This document shows, one piece after another, positions 49,190-59,309 of a stretch of DNA of 64,000 nucleotides. The translations under genes were made by a program, and so were the position numbers. The notes below the pieces were generated by a model, which worked only from the letters and a program-made list of their open reading frames with translations, was not told where the DNA came from and ran no database searches. Each line of letters starts with the position of its first letter. The stretch's first letter is position 1. Origin of the DNA: a candidate division WOR-3 bacterium (GTDB taxonomy: Bacteria; Hydrothermota; 32-111); NCBI GenBank assembly GCA_039804105.1, contig JBDRZU010000001.1, positions 1,088,001 to 1,152,000 on the forward strand. The letters are read 5' to 3'.

Positions 49190-52100
49190 ATGAAAAAGTT
49201 AATATTAATATTGATTCTATTTTTAATCTCAACCAAAATTTTTTCAAATAGTATTAAATTTAATGTAAACATCAATGAAGAAATCAAAAATAAAAATTAC
49301 AATTATGAATTCTCAAAGGATGGTGATTTATATATACAAAAAATTTTTGATGTTGGCTACAATAAAAATATAAAAAAAATAGAATATAAAATTAAATCTT
49401 TTCAAAAAAATATTTTTGAAGGTAAAAAAAATAATCCATCAATATCTCTTGATCAGAAAGGCAAAATTTTGTATGAACAGCCAGAGGATTATGTTGAAAT
49501 TCAACCTGTTGCATCAATTTTAAATCGAAAGCTTATATTTGTAAAAATATATCCATATCTGATAAGTAAAAATCTCGAACAATCGATTAAAGAAGTTGAA
49601 ATAAATGTTGAATATGAAGATATTATGGATAAATTCAAAACATCTTATTTCGACTATTACTATTTTGAAGGAGAAGTTAAAAATCTTGAGTTATTAAACG
49701 AAAAAAGCAATGTTGATCTTTTGATAATAACAAAGAACTGCTTCATAAATCATTTTAAAACATTTATTCATATTTCAAAATCTATGGGATTTTCAACTGA
49801 AATAGTTTCTGTTGAAGAGATATACAACAGTTGTTCAGGTTCAGATGAACAGGAAAAGATAAGAAATTTTGTAAAAAAAACCTATGATGAAAAAGGACTA
49901 AGATTTCTACTTCTTGGTGGTGATAATGAAATTGTTCCAATAAGATTTGTGAGATCCAATTTATATTATTATTATGGTGATTATCCATCAGATATCTATT
50001 ATGGAGATGTTGATGGAACATGGAACAAAGACAACGATCATATCATTGGAGAAACAGATGATATTGAGGATGGTTTTTTAGATGTAATAGTTACAAGATT
50101 ACCCTTCTCGAATGAAAACGAACTAAAAATAATACTTGATAAATTTGAAAATTATATTTTTAAAATGAAAGATACAAATTTGAAAAATTTTCTTCATTGT
50201 GCTGCATCTCTTTTATCAGATCTTTCAGACGGATCAGGACAATTAATGACTAACAACCTTTTATCACTCTATGATATCACCTATTACAACAATTTTACAC
50301 TATTCTCTCCTCTTGTTGATACTTTCCATCAATTTCCCTATTATCAGGGGAATATGCAACTTAACAAAAATTCATTCTCAAATAAGATTTCTGAAAATTT
50401 TTACTTTGTTAACCATATAGATCACTCCACAGAATATTTTCTCGGAACCGGATTGATCGAAACTAAAACAGAATATTCAAATTGGGATACAAATTGTTTT
50501 TCAACAAATGATTCATCTTTTTCCATTGTTTTTTCTCTTGGTTGTTCTTCAAACTCCTTTGATAAAATCTCAGTTTCAAGATCTTTTTTGTTTTCAAAAA
50601 ATTCTCCTGTTATAAGTTTTACAGGTTTTGTCAGAACCGGATGGACTGGAGCAGAAAATTATATGCTGAATTTTTGGAAAAAACTTTTATCATCTCAAAC
50701 AATGTTTATTGCGGAAGGATTAATCTATGCAAATTTAAATCCAAACCTTTATTTTAGAACTGCAATAAACACGATTGGTTTTCCGATTTTGCCAATTTAT
50801 TCAAACAATATTGATTCATTTTTTATTCTTGAGAAAAATTTTAATGATTCAATTTTTTACAGAATAGTTGATTCGAAAGGTAAAAAATCAGGTTTTCTTA
50901 TAACCATCTTTTCTGAAAACAGGGTAATATATAGAGGTGTTACGGATGATAATGGATGTGTTTCCTTTCCGAAACCAATCGATGATTCTATTATTTATGC
51001 TGGAATATTCTTTAAAGATCATAGATTAAAGATAGACACAATAATAGATCAAAAAACTATAGATGTAAAAACATCTTTGGTTAACGATACAAATCTTATA
51101 ATGTTAAAAATAAAAAACATTTCTTATTCAAAAATATTTATAAAAAATTTTAAACTTTTTAAAGATTCCCCATATCTTTCACTAAATGATTCATTGCAAA
51201 ATGTTGAAATCTTACCTAAGGATTCAATAATAAAATTTCTCGAGTATAAAAGAGATGTTGTAAAAGATAACACGATACCACTGTCGATAAACTTTTTTAC
51301 AGTTATTGAAAATAAAAAATATGTTGACTCAACATATATTCACTTTGAAAATGATTCTTTTAAATTGATCGGTTTCTATATAGAAAAAAATTATTTCAAT
51401 TTATATTTTCTGAAAAAGTCAAACAATTATTTAGACTCATTCAAAATACTTTTAAAAAGTTCAAATCAGAATCTATGTATAATAGATTCGATAAAAAACT
51501 GTATGAATGTGAAAAAAGATACACCAATTGAGATAAATAATATTAAATTCAAATATTCTGGGAACAATTCAAATCTTGATACTTCATACATTAAGGTTTA
51601 TTTCATAATAAAAAATGATATAGATTCTGTTATTTTTAGAGTTAAGGAAAGCGATACAACTTTTTCATTAAAGTTGTTACAACACGAGAATGGTATAAAA
51701 ATATATCATAACATTTATGGATATTTTTGCGATATTTACAAAATTATAAACAATGAAAATATCCTTTTAAAAAAGATGAATCCTGAGGAAAAATTTTATA
51801 TAGATACAAATTTAACTATCGGAGAAAACAAATATTTTGCAATATTCTATGATAACCTCAACAGAGTTGTTGATACAACAGATATAATCGCTATGAACGT
51901 TAAAGCAAAAGTTAAAAAAACAAAGATGTTGATCGCTGGTTCATATTTTGGCAAACTTAATGGCAAATCTCTATATGCAAAATCATCTTTTAACTATGCT
52001 GACTTTAACAATGATGGAAAAACCGAGGTGATCGTTCTAAGTGATGATGGAAGAGTTATCATTTTAGATGAAAATTTGTCAGATATTACACCTTTTAAAC

Positions 52101-53413
52101 TTATCACAAATCCCTATCAGGAAACTTCTCCTGCAATTGGAGATCTTGATGGAAACGGATATATGGATATAGTTTTAGCAAATGGATACTTTAAATCAGA
52201 TACATCAGGATTCTTAATTTTAAATCCATTTTCTTCCAACATAAAGATAATCCCAATAAAAGGATACGGAATTTTTACTTCGTCACCAGTTTTAGAGGAT
52301 ATTAACAATGATGGTAAAAATGAGATATTTATTGGAACAAATACCGGTCTTTATGTTTTAGATAAAGATTTGAATTTGATAATGGTTAAAAACATTGTTA
52401 ATGTTTGTGGAATATCTGTTTGTAAAGATATTGGAAAAATATTTGTCAATGATTATTATGGCAGAATATTTTCTTATGACTTTTATGGTAATAACCTCTA
52501 TGGGTTTCCAAAACTGTTAAACCATTTAACATTTTCCCCTTTAATAGTTTCAGATATTGATAATGATGGGACAAATGAGATAATCGTTTCAACAGTTGAT
52601 AATTATATTTTTGTTATCGAGGAGAATGGAAACATAAAATCTGGTTTTCCATTCAACACTAACTCTCCAGTATATTCAACTCCAAGAGTAACAGATATCA
52701 ATGGTGATGGAAAGAAAGAGATCTTATCTTTAAATAAAAATGGATACATCAACATTTTGAATTATAAAGGTGAAAGTAAGGCAACATCATTCGTCGGAAC
52801 TAATGAAAACTATTATAATGAACTTTTAATATACGATTTTGATGGGGATTTAAAACCTGATATAGTTTTGATAAACAACAAGGGTTATATAGTAAAATTT
52901 ACAAATGATTTAAAAATTTGCGATACGATTCTATCATTAAATTCAGATTTCACTTCAGCACCTTTAGTAATTTCTTTTAATAATAATTATGATTACAAAC
53001 TTTTGACTAAAGATCTTTCAGGTAAAATTTATATAGTTGATAATATATCATCAGATTACAAAAAAATTCTTTTTGGAAAAACACTTTATGATAATCAAAA
53101 CAGATCTTACATACCTGGAGAGATTTTGAGGTTAAATGATTCTGATAAAAAATGGATAGAAAAGAAAATTGACAATTTTAAAGTGGAGTATAGATTGAAT
53201 GATTCAAAATTAGTTATATTCAACAATATTTATGAAAATGTGATTTTAAATGTTTACAATATAAGTGGAGCAATTGTACTATCAAAAACAATAAAAAAGA
53301 GTGATATTAATGTTTATTTTGATTTTAAGTTTCCTTCAGGAAAATATATATATGTTTTAAAATCAAAGGAAAGTATATTAAAAAAAGATAAAATCATAGT
53401 GTTGAAGAAGTGA
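49190..53413 (+). CDS. Gingipain-like C25 cysteine peptidase with FG-GAP/VCBS repeats and a T9SS-type C-terminal domain
   Basis: LLLGGD...VP, SDIYYGDVDG.W, NHIDH and SLGC (His/Cys dyad positions), repeated D[FIL][ND].DG..EI, C-terminal VYNISG..V...FPSGKYIY; SD GGAGG before ATG 49190. Confidence 0.85.
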   Translation: MKKLILILILFLISTKIFSNSIKFNVNINEEIKNKNYNYEFSKDGDLYIQKIFDVGYNKNIKKIEYKIKSFQKNIFEGKKNNPSISLDQKGKILYEQPEDYVEIQPVASILNRKLIFVKIYPYLISKNLEQSIKEVEINVEYEDIMDKFKTSYFDYYYFEGEVKNLELLNEKSNVDLLIITKNCFINHFKTFIHISKSMGFSTEIVSVEEIYNSCSGSDEQEKIRNFVKKTYDEKGLRFLLLGGDNEIVPIRFVRSNLYYYYGDYPSDIYYGDVDGTWNKDNDHIIGETDDIEDGFLDVIVTRLPFSNENELKIILDKFENYIFKMKDTNLKNFLHCAASLLSDLSDGSGQLMTNNLLSLYDITYYNNFTLFSPLVDTFHQFPYYQGNMQLNKNSFSNKISENFYFVNHIDHSTEYFLGTGLIETKTEYSNWDTNCFSTNDSSFSIVFSLGCSSNSFDKISVSRSFLFSKNSPVISFTGFVRTGWTGAENYMLNFWKKLLSSQTMFIAEGLIYANLNPNLYFRTAINTIGFPILPIYSNNIDSFFILEKNFNDSIFYRIVDSKGKKSGFLITIFSENRVIYRGVTDDNGCVSFPKPIDDSIIYAGIFFKDHRLKIDTIIDQKTIDVKTSLVNDTNLIMLKIKNISYSKIFIKNFKLFKDSPYLSLNDSLQNVEILPKDSIIKFLEYKRDVVKDNTIPLSINFFTVIENKKYVDSTYIHFENDSFKLIGFYIEKNYFNLYFLKKSNNYLDSFKILLKSSNQNLCIIDSIKNCMNVKKDTPIEINNIKFKYSGNNSNLDTSYIKVYFIIKNDIDSVIFRVKESDTTFSLKLLQHENGIKIYHNIYGYFCDIYKIINNENILLKKMNPEEKFYIDTNLTIGENKYFAIFYDNLNRVVDTTDIIAMNVKAKVKKTKMLIAGSYFGKLNGKSLYAKSSFNYADFNNDGKTEVIVLSDDGRVIILDENLSDITPFKLITNPYQETSPAIGDLDGNGYMDIVLANGYFKSDTSGFLILNPFSSNIKIIPIKGYGIFTSSPVLEDINNDGKNEIFIGTNTGLYVLDKDLNLIMVKNIVNVCGISVCKDIGKIFVNDYYGRIFSYDFYGNNLYGFPKLLNHLTFSPLIVSDIDNDGTNEIIVSTVDNYIFVIEENGNIKSGFPFNTNSPVYSTPRVTDINGDGKKEILSLNKNGYINILNYKGESKATSFVGTNENYYNELLIYDFDGDLKPDIVLINNKGYIVKFTNDLKICDTILSLNSDFTSAPLVISFNNNYDYKLLTKDLSGKIYIVDNISSDYKKILFGKTLYDNQNRSYIPGEILRLNDSDKKWIEKKIDNFKVEYRLNDSKLVIFNNIYENVILNVYNISGAIVLSKTIKKSDINVYFDFKFPSGKYIYVLKSKESILKKDKIIVLKK

Positions 53414-53419
53414 GAAAAC

Positions 53420-53923
53420 TCACTTCTTCAACTCTTCAATAATCAGATTTTCAAGTTCCATGTCGAGTGCAGGATCATATCCAACTTGAGTTTTTACAAG
53501 GTTTCCTTTTTTATCAAAAACAACAAATGTTGGAATTCCCGATACTTGATACAAGGAAGCAAGATCCTGGTTCATGTACCCTATTTTGTATGTTATGTTC
53601 TCTTTTTCTAAAAACCCTTTCATCTGTTCAAACTTTTCATTTACATTAACACCAACTATAACTAACCCATCTTTTTCATATTTGTTATAAAGTTGAACAA
53701 GAAAAGGGATTGATCTTCTGCATGGTGGACACCATGTAGCCCAGAAATCTATCAAAACCACTTTTCCAGTTAGATTTTTAAGTTTTAAAGTATCACCGTT
53801 GACTGTTTCAATCCAGGTTTTTTCAAGAAATGTATTTTCAGTTTTGTTTGAGGGAGCACATCCTGAAAAAACCAGAAAAAGAACCAAAACAAAATATGAA
53901 AGAATAAAGATTTTTTTTCTCAT
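53420..53923 (-). CDS. TlpA/ResA family thiol-disulfide oxidoreductase lipoprotein
   Basis: Lipobox FSGC, DFWATWCPPC, GIPT. Confidence 0.9.
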   Translation of the reverse strand: MRKKIFILSYFVLVLFLVFSGCAPSNKTENTFLEKTWIETVNGDTLKLKNLTGKVVLIDFWATWCPPCRRSIPFLVQLYNKYEKDGLVIVGVNVNEKFEQMKGFLEKENITYKIGYMNQDLASLYQVSGIPTFVVFDKKGNLVKTQVGYDPALDMELENLIIEELKK

Positions 53924-54156
53924 TTTATCCCCAAAAGTGCATCGATTCTTTCTTTATCAAAACCAACAACAATGTTTCCATCTATGTCTAAAACTGGAAC
54001 TCCCTGCTGCCCCGATTTTCTTATCATTTCCATCGCTGCATTTCTGTCTTTTGACACATCATAATCAGTGTAGGGAATATTTTTTGATGCAAGATACTGC
54101 TTTGCTCTTGTGCACCAGGGACATGTTGGGGTTGAATAAATTTTTACTACTGCCAT
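53920..54156 (-). CDS. Glutaredoxin-like (YruB/NrdH) protein
   Basis: YSTPTCPWC, SGQQGVPV, VGFD. Confidence 0.9.
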   Translation of the reverse strand: MAVVKIYSTPTCPWCTRAKQYLASKNIPYTDYDVSKDRNAAMEMIRKSGQQGVPVLDIDGNIVVGFDKERIDALLGIK

Positions 54157-54157
54157 T

Positions 54158-55123
54158 TTATACCTCCTTTAAGTTTTCAATATATTTTTCAACTGATTTT
54201 GCAGCCAAAGCACCATCTGATGCAGCTGTTATAACCTGTCTAAAACTTTTTTCTATAACATCACCGGCCGCAAAAACTCCTTCAATATTTGTTTTTAAAT
54301 CTTTATCAACTTTTATATAACCATATTCGTTAAGCAAAACTTTTTTATCAAGGAAATCTGTTTTTGGAATAAGACCAATATAAACAAAAATACCATCAGT
54401 TTTAATATCAAATGTTTTTCCGGTTTTTTTATCTTTTACACTCATGGATTCAATCTTTTCTTCTCCATTTATACTCAAAATTTCAGAATTGTAATAAATT
54501 TTTATTTCAGGATTTTGAAACAATCTTTCCTGTAATATTTTTTCCGCAGTAAGATTTGGAAGATCCTGAACAAATGTTATATCCTTTGTGAATCTTAACA
54601 TAAAAAGACCTTCCTCAACAGCAGAGTTTCCTCCACCAACTATTATCACTCTTTTATCTGTAAAAAGTGCACCATCACATGTTGCACAGTAAGATATTCC
54701 TTTACCATGAAATTTATCACTTCCTGGAACATTTAATCTTCTTGGAGATGCACCTGATGCAATTATTATACTTTTTGATCTATAAATTTTGTCAGAAATG
54801 TAAACTTTCTTTTCTCTTCCTTCAAGATCGGTTTTTTCAACTTTCTCAAACAAAAATTTTACTCCAAACCTTTTTGCCTGTTCTTCCATCTTTTGAGCAA
54901 GTTCATAACCTCCGATTCCATCTGGAAAACCCGGATAATTTTCAATCGTTTCTGTAGTAGAGGATTGGCCTCCAACTATAAGTTCCTCAACCACAAGAGT
55001 GTTTAACCTTGCCCTTCCAGCATATATTGCTGCAGAAAGTCCTGCTGGTCCACCACCTATTATTATTAAATCGTATAGAATTTCAGGGGATATTTCATTA
55101 TCTTTCCTTAGATTTAAAATCAT
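54158..55123 (-). CDS. trxB: Thioredoxin-disulfide reductase
   Basis: GGGPAGL, ENYPG, SYCATCDG, GGGNSA, FAAGD. Confidence 0.95.
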   Translation of the reverse strand: MILNLRKDNEISPEILYDLIIIGGGPAGLSAAIYAGRARLNTLVVEELIVGGQSSTTETIENYPGFPDGIGGYELAQKMEEQAKRFGVKFLFEKVEKTDLEGREKKVYISDKIYRSKSIIIASGASPRRLNVPGSDKFHGKGISYCATCDGALFTDKRVIIVGGGNSAVEEGLFMLRFTKDITFVQDLPNLTAEKILQERLFQNPEIKIYYNSEILSINGEEKIESMSVKDKKTGKTFDIKTDGIFVYIGLIPKTDFLDKKVLLNEYGYIKVDKDLKTNIEGVFAAGDVIEKSFRQVITAASDGALAAKSVEKYIENLKEV

Positions 55124-55130
55124 AAAATCC

Positions 55131-55778
55131 TCACATCAAAGAGTTTAAAATTCTTCTTAAAAACTCTTTTTCAGGTAATCCACCCTCAAAACTCTCTTTA
55201 TCATTTATAACAACTTTTGGAACAGCGGAAACCCCATAACTATCAGCATAATCATAGAAAGTATTAGCATCTATCATATCCGCTTTTATTTTTTCATTTA
55301 TCATAGCAAACTTGTGGGCTGTTCTAACAGCAGCAGGACAGTATGGGCATGAATGTGTTACAAAAACTTTTATATGAACATCTCTATCTATCGATTTTAA
55401 ATCATCTTCAATCGATTCATCTATGGGAACAAAATCGTTTCCGATATCGTTTATATCCTCGACAAAAGATGAAAACTCATACCCTGCTGGGATACCATAA
55501 TATTTTACTCCGAGATCTTTATCAGATAGCAAAACTATTGCAGGAGCCATTTTTACATCATATTTTTTAACTTCATCAAGATCCTTTTCATAATTGTAAG
55601 TTTTTACTTTTATCCTATCGGATAGATCCTTCAACTCATCAAGAATTTCTTTTATATCATCACACATAACACATAGATTCTTATCATCTGTTCTGAAGAA
55701 AAGAATATTTACATCTTTTTTCATATTTTTGTAAAGATTTTTCAAGTAATCACGATCCTCTTTTGATAAAAGTGCCAT
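55131..55778 (-). CDS. Protein disulfide oxidoreductase (PDO, two thioredoxin folds)
   Basis: CVMC and CPYC, GIPAGYEFSS, VPKVVIN. Confidence 0.88.
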   Translation of the reverse strand: MALLSKEDRDYLKNLYKNMKKDVNILFFRTDDKNLCVMCDDIKEILDELKDLSDRIKVKTYNYEKDLDEVKKYDVKMAPAIVLLSDKDLGVKYYGIPAGYEFSSFVEDINDIGNDFVPIDESIEDDLKSIDRDVHIKVFVTHSCPYCPAAVRTAHKFAMINEKIKADMIDANTFYDYADSYGVSAVPKVVINDKESFEGGLPEKEFLRRILNSLM

Positions 55779-55780
55779 TT

Positions 55781-56023
55781 TTACTCCTTTTCAAGTAGTT
55801 TTTTTATGTTATCAAACATTTTTTCCTTTTCTTTTCTTTCAATCTTCTCAAAAGATTTTTTACATATATTAATTACTTTTTCAAAATCCCTATACTCTTT
55901 TGAACAGATTTTGCAACTTTTTAAATGTTTTTTTATCTTTTCACAACATTCATTATCAATATCCTTATCAATATACTTGCAAAGATTTTTCAACACAAAA
56001 TCACATTCTTTTTTAGATTTCAT
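55781..56023 (-). CDS. Soluble zinc-binding anti-sigma factor (zf-HC2/ZAS)
   Basis: C...L..YID......HLKSCKIC, no TM, directly after an ECF sigma. Confidence 0.8.
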   Translation of the reverse strand: MKSKKECDFVLKNLCKYIDKDIDNECCEKIKKHLKSCKICSKEYRDFEKVINICKKSFEKIERKEKEKMFDNIKKLLEKE

Positions 56024-56546
56024 CTTTTATTAAATCCTTTAAAATTTTTCTTGCTCTATGTAATCTTGTTTTCACTGTACTTTCAGAAATTCTTAACATC
56101 TTTTTTATCTCTTGTATCGATAATCCATCTATATCTTTTAACACTATCACCTCTCTATATTTATAAGGTAATTTTTTCAAACCTTTATTTACTACCTCTT
56201 TTAATCTTCTTACTCTTTTTTCTTCATTGATTTTTTCCTCATCAGAGAAAATTTCTTCATTTTCAAGATCTACATACCTTTTTTCATTTCTGTACCTTTT
56301 TCTTACTTCATTCAAAGAAATTGAAATTATATAGGTTAAAAGAGACGATTCCCCTTTGAACTGTCTATGATTCTTAAACAATTTGTAGAATGTTGTTTGA
56401 ACAATATCTAACGCATCATCATGGTTTAAACCAAGTTTTAAAACGTTGTTGTAAATTTTATCAGAGTAAAGTTTAAATATTTCAGAGAACGCTTTCGTAT
56501 CACCTTTTTTAAAGTTCTCAATCAATTCTTTATCTATTAGATCCAT
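56013..56546 (-). CDS. ECF RNA polymerase sigma factor
   Basis: DKELI..FKKGD..AF, QFKGESS, LPYKYREVIVL, TVKTRLHRAR. Confidence 0.92.
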   Translation of the reverse strand: MDLIDKELIENFKKGDTKAFSEIFKLYSDKIYNNVLKLGLNHDDALDIVQTTFYKLFKNHRQFKGESSLLTYIISISLNEVRKRYRNEKRYVDLENEEIFSDEEKINEEKRVRRLKEVVNKGLKKLPYKYREVIVLKDIDGLSIQEIKKMLRISESTVKTRLHRARKILKDLIKDEI

Positions 56547-56562
56547 AAAGTTTCAAAAAGTT

Positions 56563-56994
56563 TCAAAAAAAGAATGTGAAATATCCCCTTATTTTGTTTT
56601 TGTACCATTTTTCGGAAATTTTATCTATTGTAACACCTTTTAATGTTGAAGCATGTATAAATTTATTATTCCCAATTAGAATTCCAACATGTAAAGGATC
56701 ATCAAAGGTTACAATATCCCCTATTTTAGGATCTTTTACTCTTTTTCCAGCAATCTCCATTTCAGAAACCGTTCTTGGTATAATTATTCCGTTTTTTTTA
56801 TAAATATATTGAACAAAACCGGAACAATCAAAACCTGAAGGATCTGTTCCTCCATATCTATATTTTACCCCTAAATATTTTTTTGCATCAGAAACAATAT
56901 TTTTTCTTACGGTTGAGATTCCCCTCTTTTGAGGGGAAACACAACCTGAAATAAATATTAAAAATACTAAAAAGGAAAGAAAAATTTTTCTCAT
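56563..56994 (-). CDS. NlpC/P60 (C40) lipoprotein
   Basis: ISGC lipobox, GFDCSG, HVGI, FIHAS. Confidence 0.9.
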   Translation of the reverse strand: MRKIFLSFLVFLIFISGCVSPQKRGISTVRKNIVSDAKKYLGVKYRYGGTDPSGFDCSGFVQYIYKKNGIIIPRTVSEMEIAGKRVKDPKIGDIVTFDDPLHVGILIGNNKFIHASTLKGVTIDKISEKWYKNKIRGYFTFFF

Positions 56995-57443
56995 ATTTTT
57001 TTCAGTGTAATTATAAAAAAACTGAAAATAACATATACAAAGAACAAAAATAGAACAGCATAAAATGGAAAAAAGAAATTAGCTTCAAGAGCGATCAAAC
57101 TATCTGGTGGAGCAACTTTGTTTCTTATATCATTGTAAAGCAAAAGCATCGAAGCAATTCCTGCTATAGAAAAAATGGAAGTTATGATCAAAGATATTTT
57201 ATTATGTATAAATGAAAATATCAAAGATAAAAGAGCAAGTATTAAAACCAAAGATGCATATTTGTTTGGCTCAGTTTTTTGCTCTTCTCCACCATATTCT
57301 ATCGTTTTGCCACCTGTTGCAAGTTCAAATCCGGTAAACTCATACATTTTTTGGTTGTTACATTTAACATCAAAAAAGGGGAAAAAGAAAAGAATGATTA
57401 TTATAATAAAAACCATTCCCCTTAATTTTACTATCTCTTTCAT
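56991..57443 (-). CDS. Hypothetical membrane protein (start revised)
   Basis: 4 TM; FTGFELATG; AAGGA before ATG 57443. Confidence 0.6.
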   Translation of the reverse strand: MKEIVKLRGMVFIIIIILFFFPFFDVKCNNQKMYEFTGFELATGGKTIEYGGEEQKTEPNKYASLVLILALLSLIFSFIHNKISLIITSIFSIAGIASMLLLYNDIRNKVAPPDSLIALEANFFFPFYAVLFLFFVYVIFSFFIITLKKI

Positions 57444-57444
57444 A

Positions 57445-57951
57445 TTATTTCCTTGGTATATATTTAAAGAATACCTCAGCATCATAGGTAGTGCTATCTT
57501 CATCGACTTTTATAGAGTCAACAAGCATAAAATACTCTTTTTGATCAGGAGTTGAAATCACATAGTAAACATGATCCTTTTTTGCTGAAAGATCCATCAC
57601 AAATGAATCTGGAACTAGTTGACTGTCATCAAGTTTTAAAGCATCATCAAGAGAAATTATCCCTAAATCCATTATAAAAGAGAAAGAATCTGGTGAGGAG
57701 ATGTTTAACATTATTGTTGGCATAGGATCTCCATTCAGGTCGTACCATGGCTCAAGGATTATGTCTATATAACTTTCAAGTGTTCCTGTTCTTTCAACTT
57801 CACCTTTTGAATCGAAATCGAAATCAACTGGATTTTTCCCCGTTTTTCCATAAAAACCAATTTTACCTGTCTTAATTGGATTCAAAAAAGGAAGCAATGA
57901 ACAGGATAATAACAAAAGAACAAATACTGAAAAAATTAAAAATTTTTTCAT
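57445..57951 (-). CDS. Putative lipoprotein
   Basis: SD AGGAG, lipobox LLSC. Confidence 0.65.
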   Translation of the reverse strand: MKKFLIFSVFVLLLLSCSLLPFLNPIKTGKIGFYGKTGKNPVDFDFDSKGEVERTGTLESYIDIILEPWYDLNGDPMPTIMLNISSPDSFSFIMDLGIISLDDALKLDDSQLVPDSFVMDLSAKKDHVYYVISTPDQKEYFMLVDSIKVDEDSTTYDAEVFFKYIPRK

Positions 57952-58075
57952 AAAAACTCCTTTTTGAATTTTCCCATTTTTTCAGAATATACTAAAAAAA
58001 AGTTGTTGTCAACTTTTAAAAAAACGGGTTGAAATTTATAAAAAATTTTTTAAAATACAATTAAAAAGGAGGATT

Positions 58076-58465
58076 ATGTTATTTTTTGAATGGAATGATA
58101 ATCTTAAAACTGGAAACGAAAAAATTGATGAACAGCACAAAAAACTGATTGAAATGATAAATTTACTTTACACTTCAATGAAAAAAGGTGAAGGGAAAAA
58201 TGTTTTAGAAAAACTTTTAAAAGAACTTTTGGATTATACACAATACCATTTCGAAACTGAAGAAAAATTTTTTAATAATATCAAAGAAAAAAATTTTGAT
58301 AAACATATAAAGGAACACAACAATTTTACATTTAAAATTAAAGAATTCAAAATAAGATTTGAATCTGGAGAAAAATTTTTTACCATAGAACTTTTGAATT
58401 TCTTGAAAGACTGGCTTTTAAATCATATCAGAAAGGTTGATATAGAGACATTCAAAAATATTTAG
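58076..58465 (+). CDS. Bacteriohemerythrin
   Basis: W..., IDEQHK, HFETEE, HIKEH, WLLNHI..D. Confidence 0.92.
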   Translation: MLFFEWNDNLKTGNEKIDEQHKKLIEMINLLYTSMKKGEGKNVLEKLLKELLDYTQYHFETEEKFFNNIKEKNFDKHIKEHNNFTFKIKEFKIRFESGEKFFTIELLNFLKDWLLNHIRKVDIETFKNI

Positions 58466-59297
58466 TCACTTTTTTATCTGCAGGGTATCTTTTATAAAAT
58501 AGAAGGTATCTTTTTCATCAAAAATAATACCTCCAAAAGAACCTATTTTAAAAAATTTTGTAACTTGTGGACCTGATCCAACTTTAATTCTTTCGGTCTC
58601 TATCGAACCACCATAAATCCTTGTGCTATCCTTTTTTATCTTATCCACAAAGAAAAAACCTCTTGTAGTTTCATTGTAATTGTTATAGAAATTTGAAAAA
58701 AATGATGTTGAAATATAATTTATGTATGGAAGAAGAGTGTACCCTGTTATTATGTTTGAAGGATAAGAAAATCTTTCTGTGTTTAACAGGTTCATTGCAA
58801 AAAGAATCGATCTTCTGTCCCAATTTTTTATTGAAAGTTTTCCAGATATTTCACTATTTTGTAACTCCACAAAAGTTGTTTCTGGAGTATCGGATATAAG
58901 ATCGTTTATATAGCACATCGCTGCAAACAGAGTGTATTTTTTTTCCATAAATAGAAAAATTATCGAGATGATCAAAAAGAAGAATTTTGTCAGGTTTATC
59001 TATTATAAAAATTGATTTATTAAGATTATTTGCACCAATATTTTATGCAAGCATTCCTTTTATATTTACTATTTTTATCTTTTCGGGAATTTTTACACTA
59101 TCAAAATCGAGTGTTCCTAAAACTAAAATGGATGCTATCGAATCATTTTTCTCTTCAAAAAACTTTAATGCCTTATTTATCGTATTAAACATAGAATCGT
59201 TTCTTGAAACAAGAATAATATCTTTCGAAGAAAAATTTTGTGGGTTTAACGATAAAAAGATTATAAGATAACAAAAAATTAAAAAAATTTTTTTCAT
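58466..59297 (-). pseudogene. Possibly one disrupted secreted-protein gene (tracked as ORFs 59043-59297 and 58466-58975)
   Basis: Frame stays open and protein-like past TAA 59043 and joins the second ORF if one A is removed from the A8 run at 58937-58944. Confidence 0.4.
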
Positions 59298-59309
59298 AAT
59301 CTAAAAGAT

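Noticed and set aside
46932..55778. Selenocysteine or stop-codon recoding in the redox genes
   Set aside because: All active sites are plain Cys and ORFs are full length; TGA acts as a normal stop elsewhere in the window.
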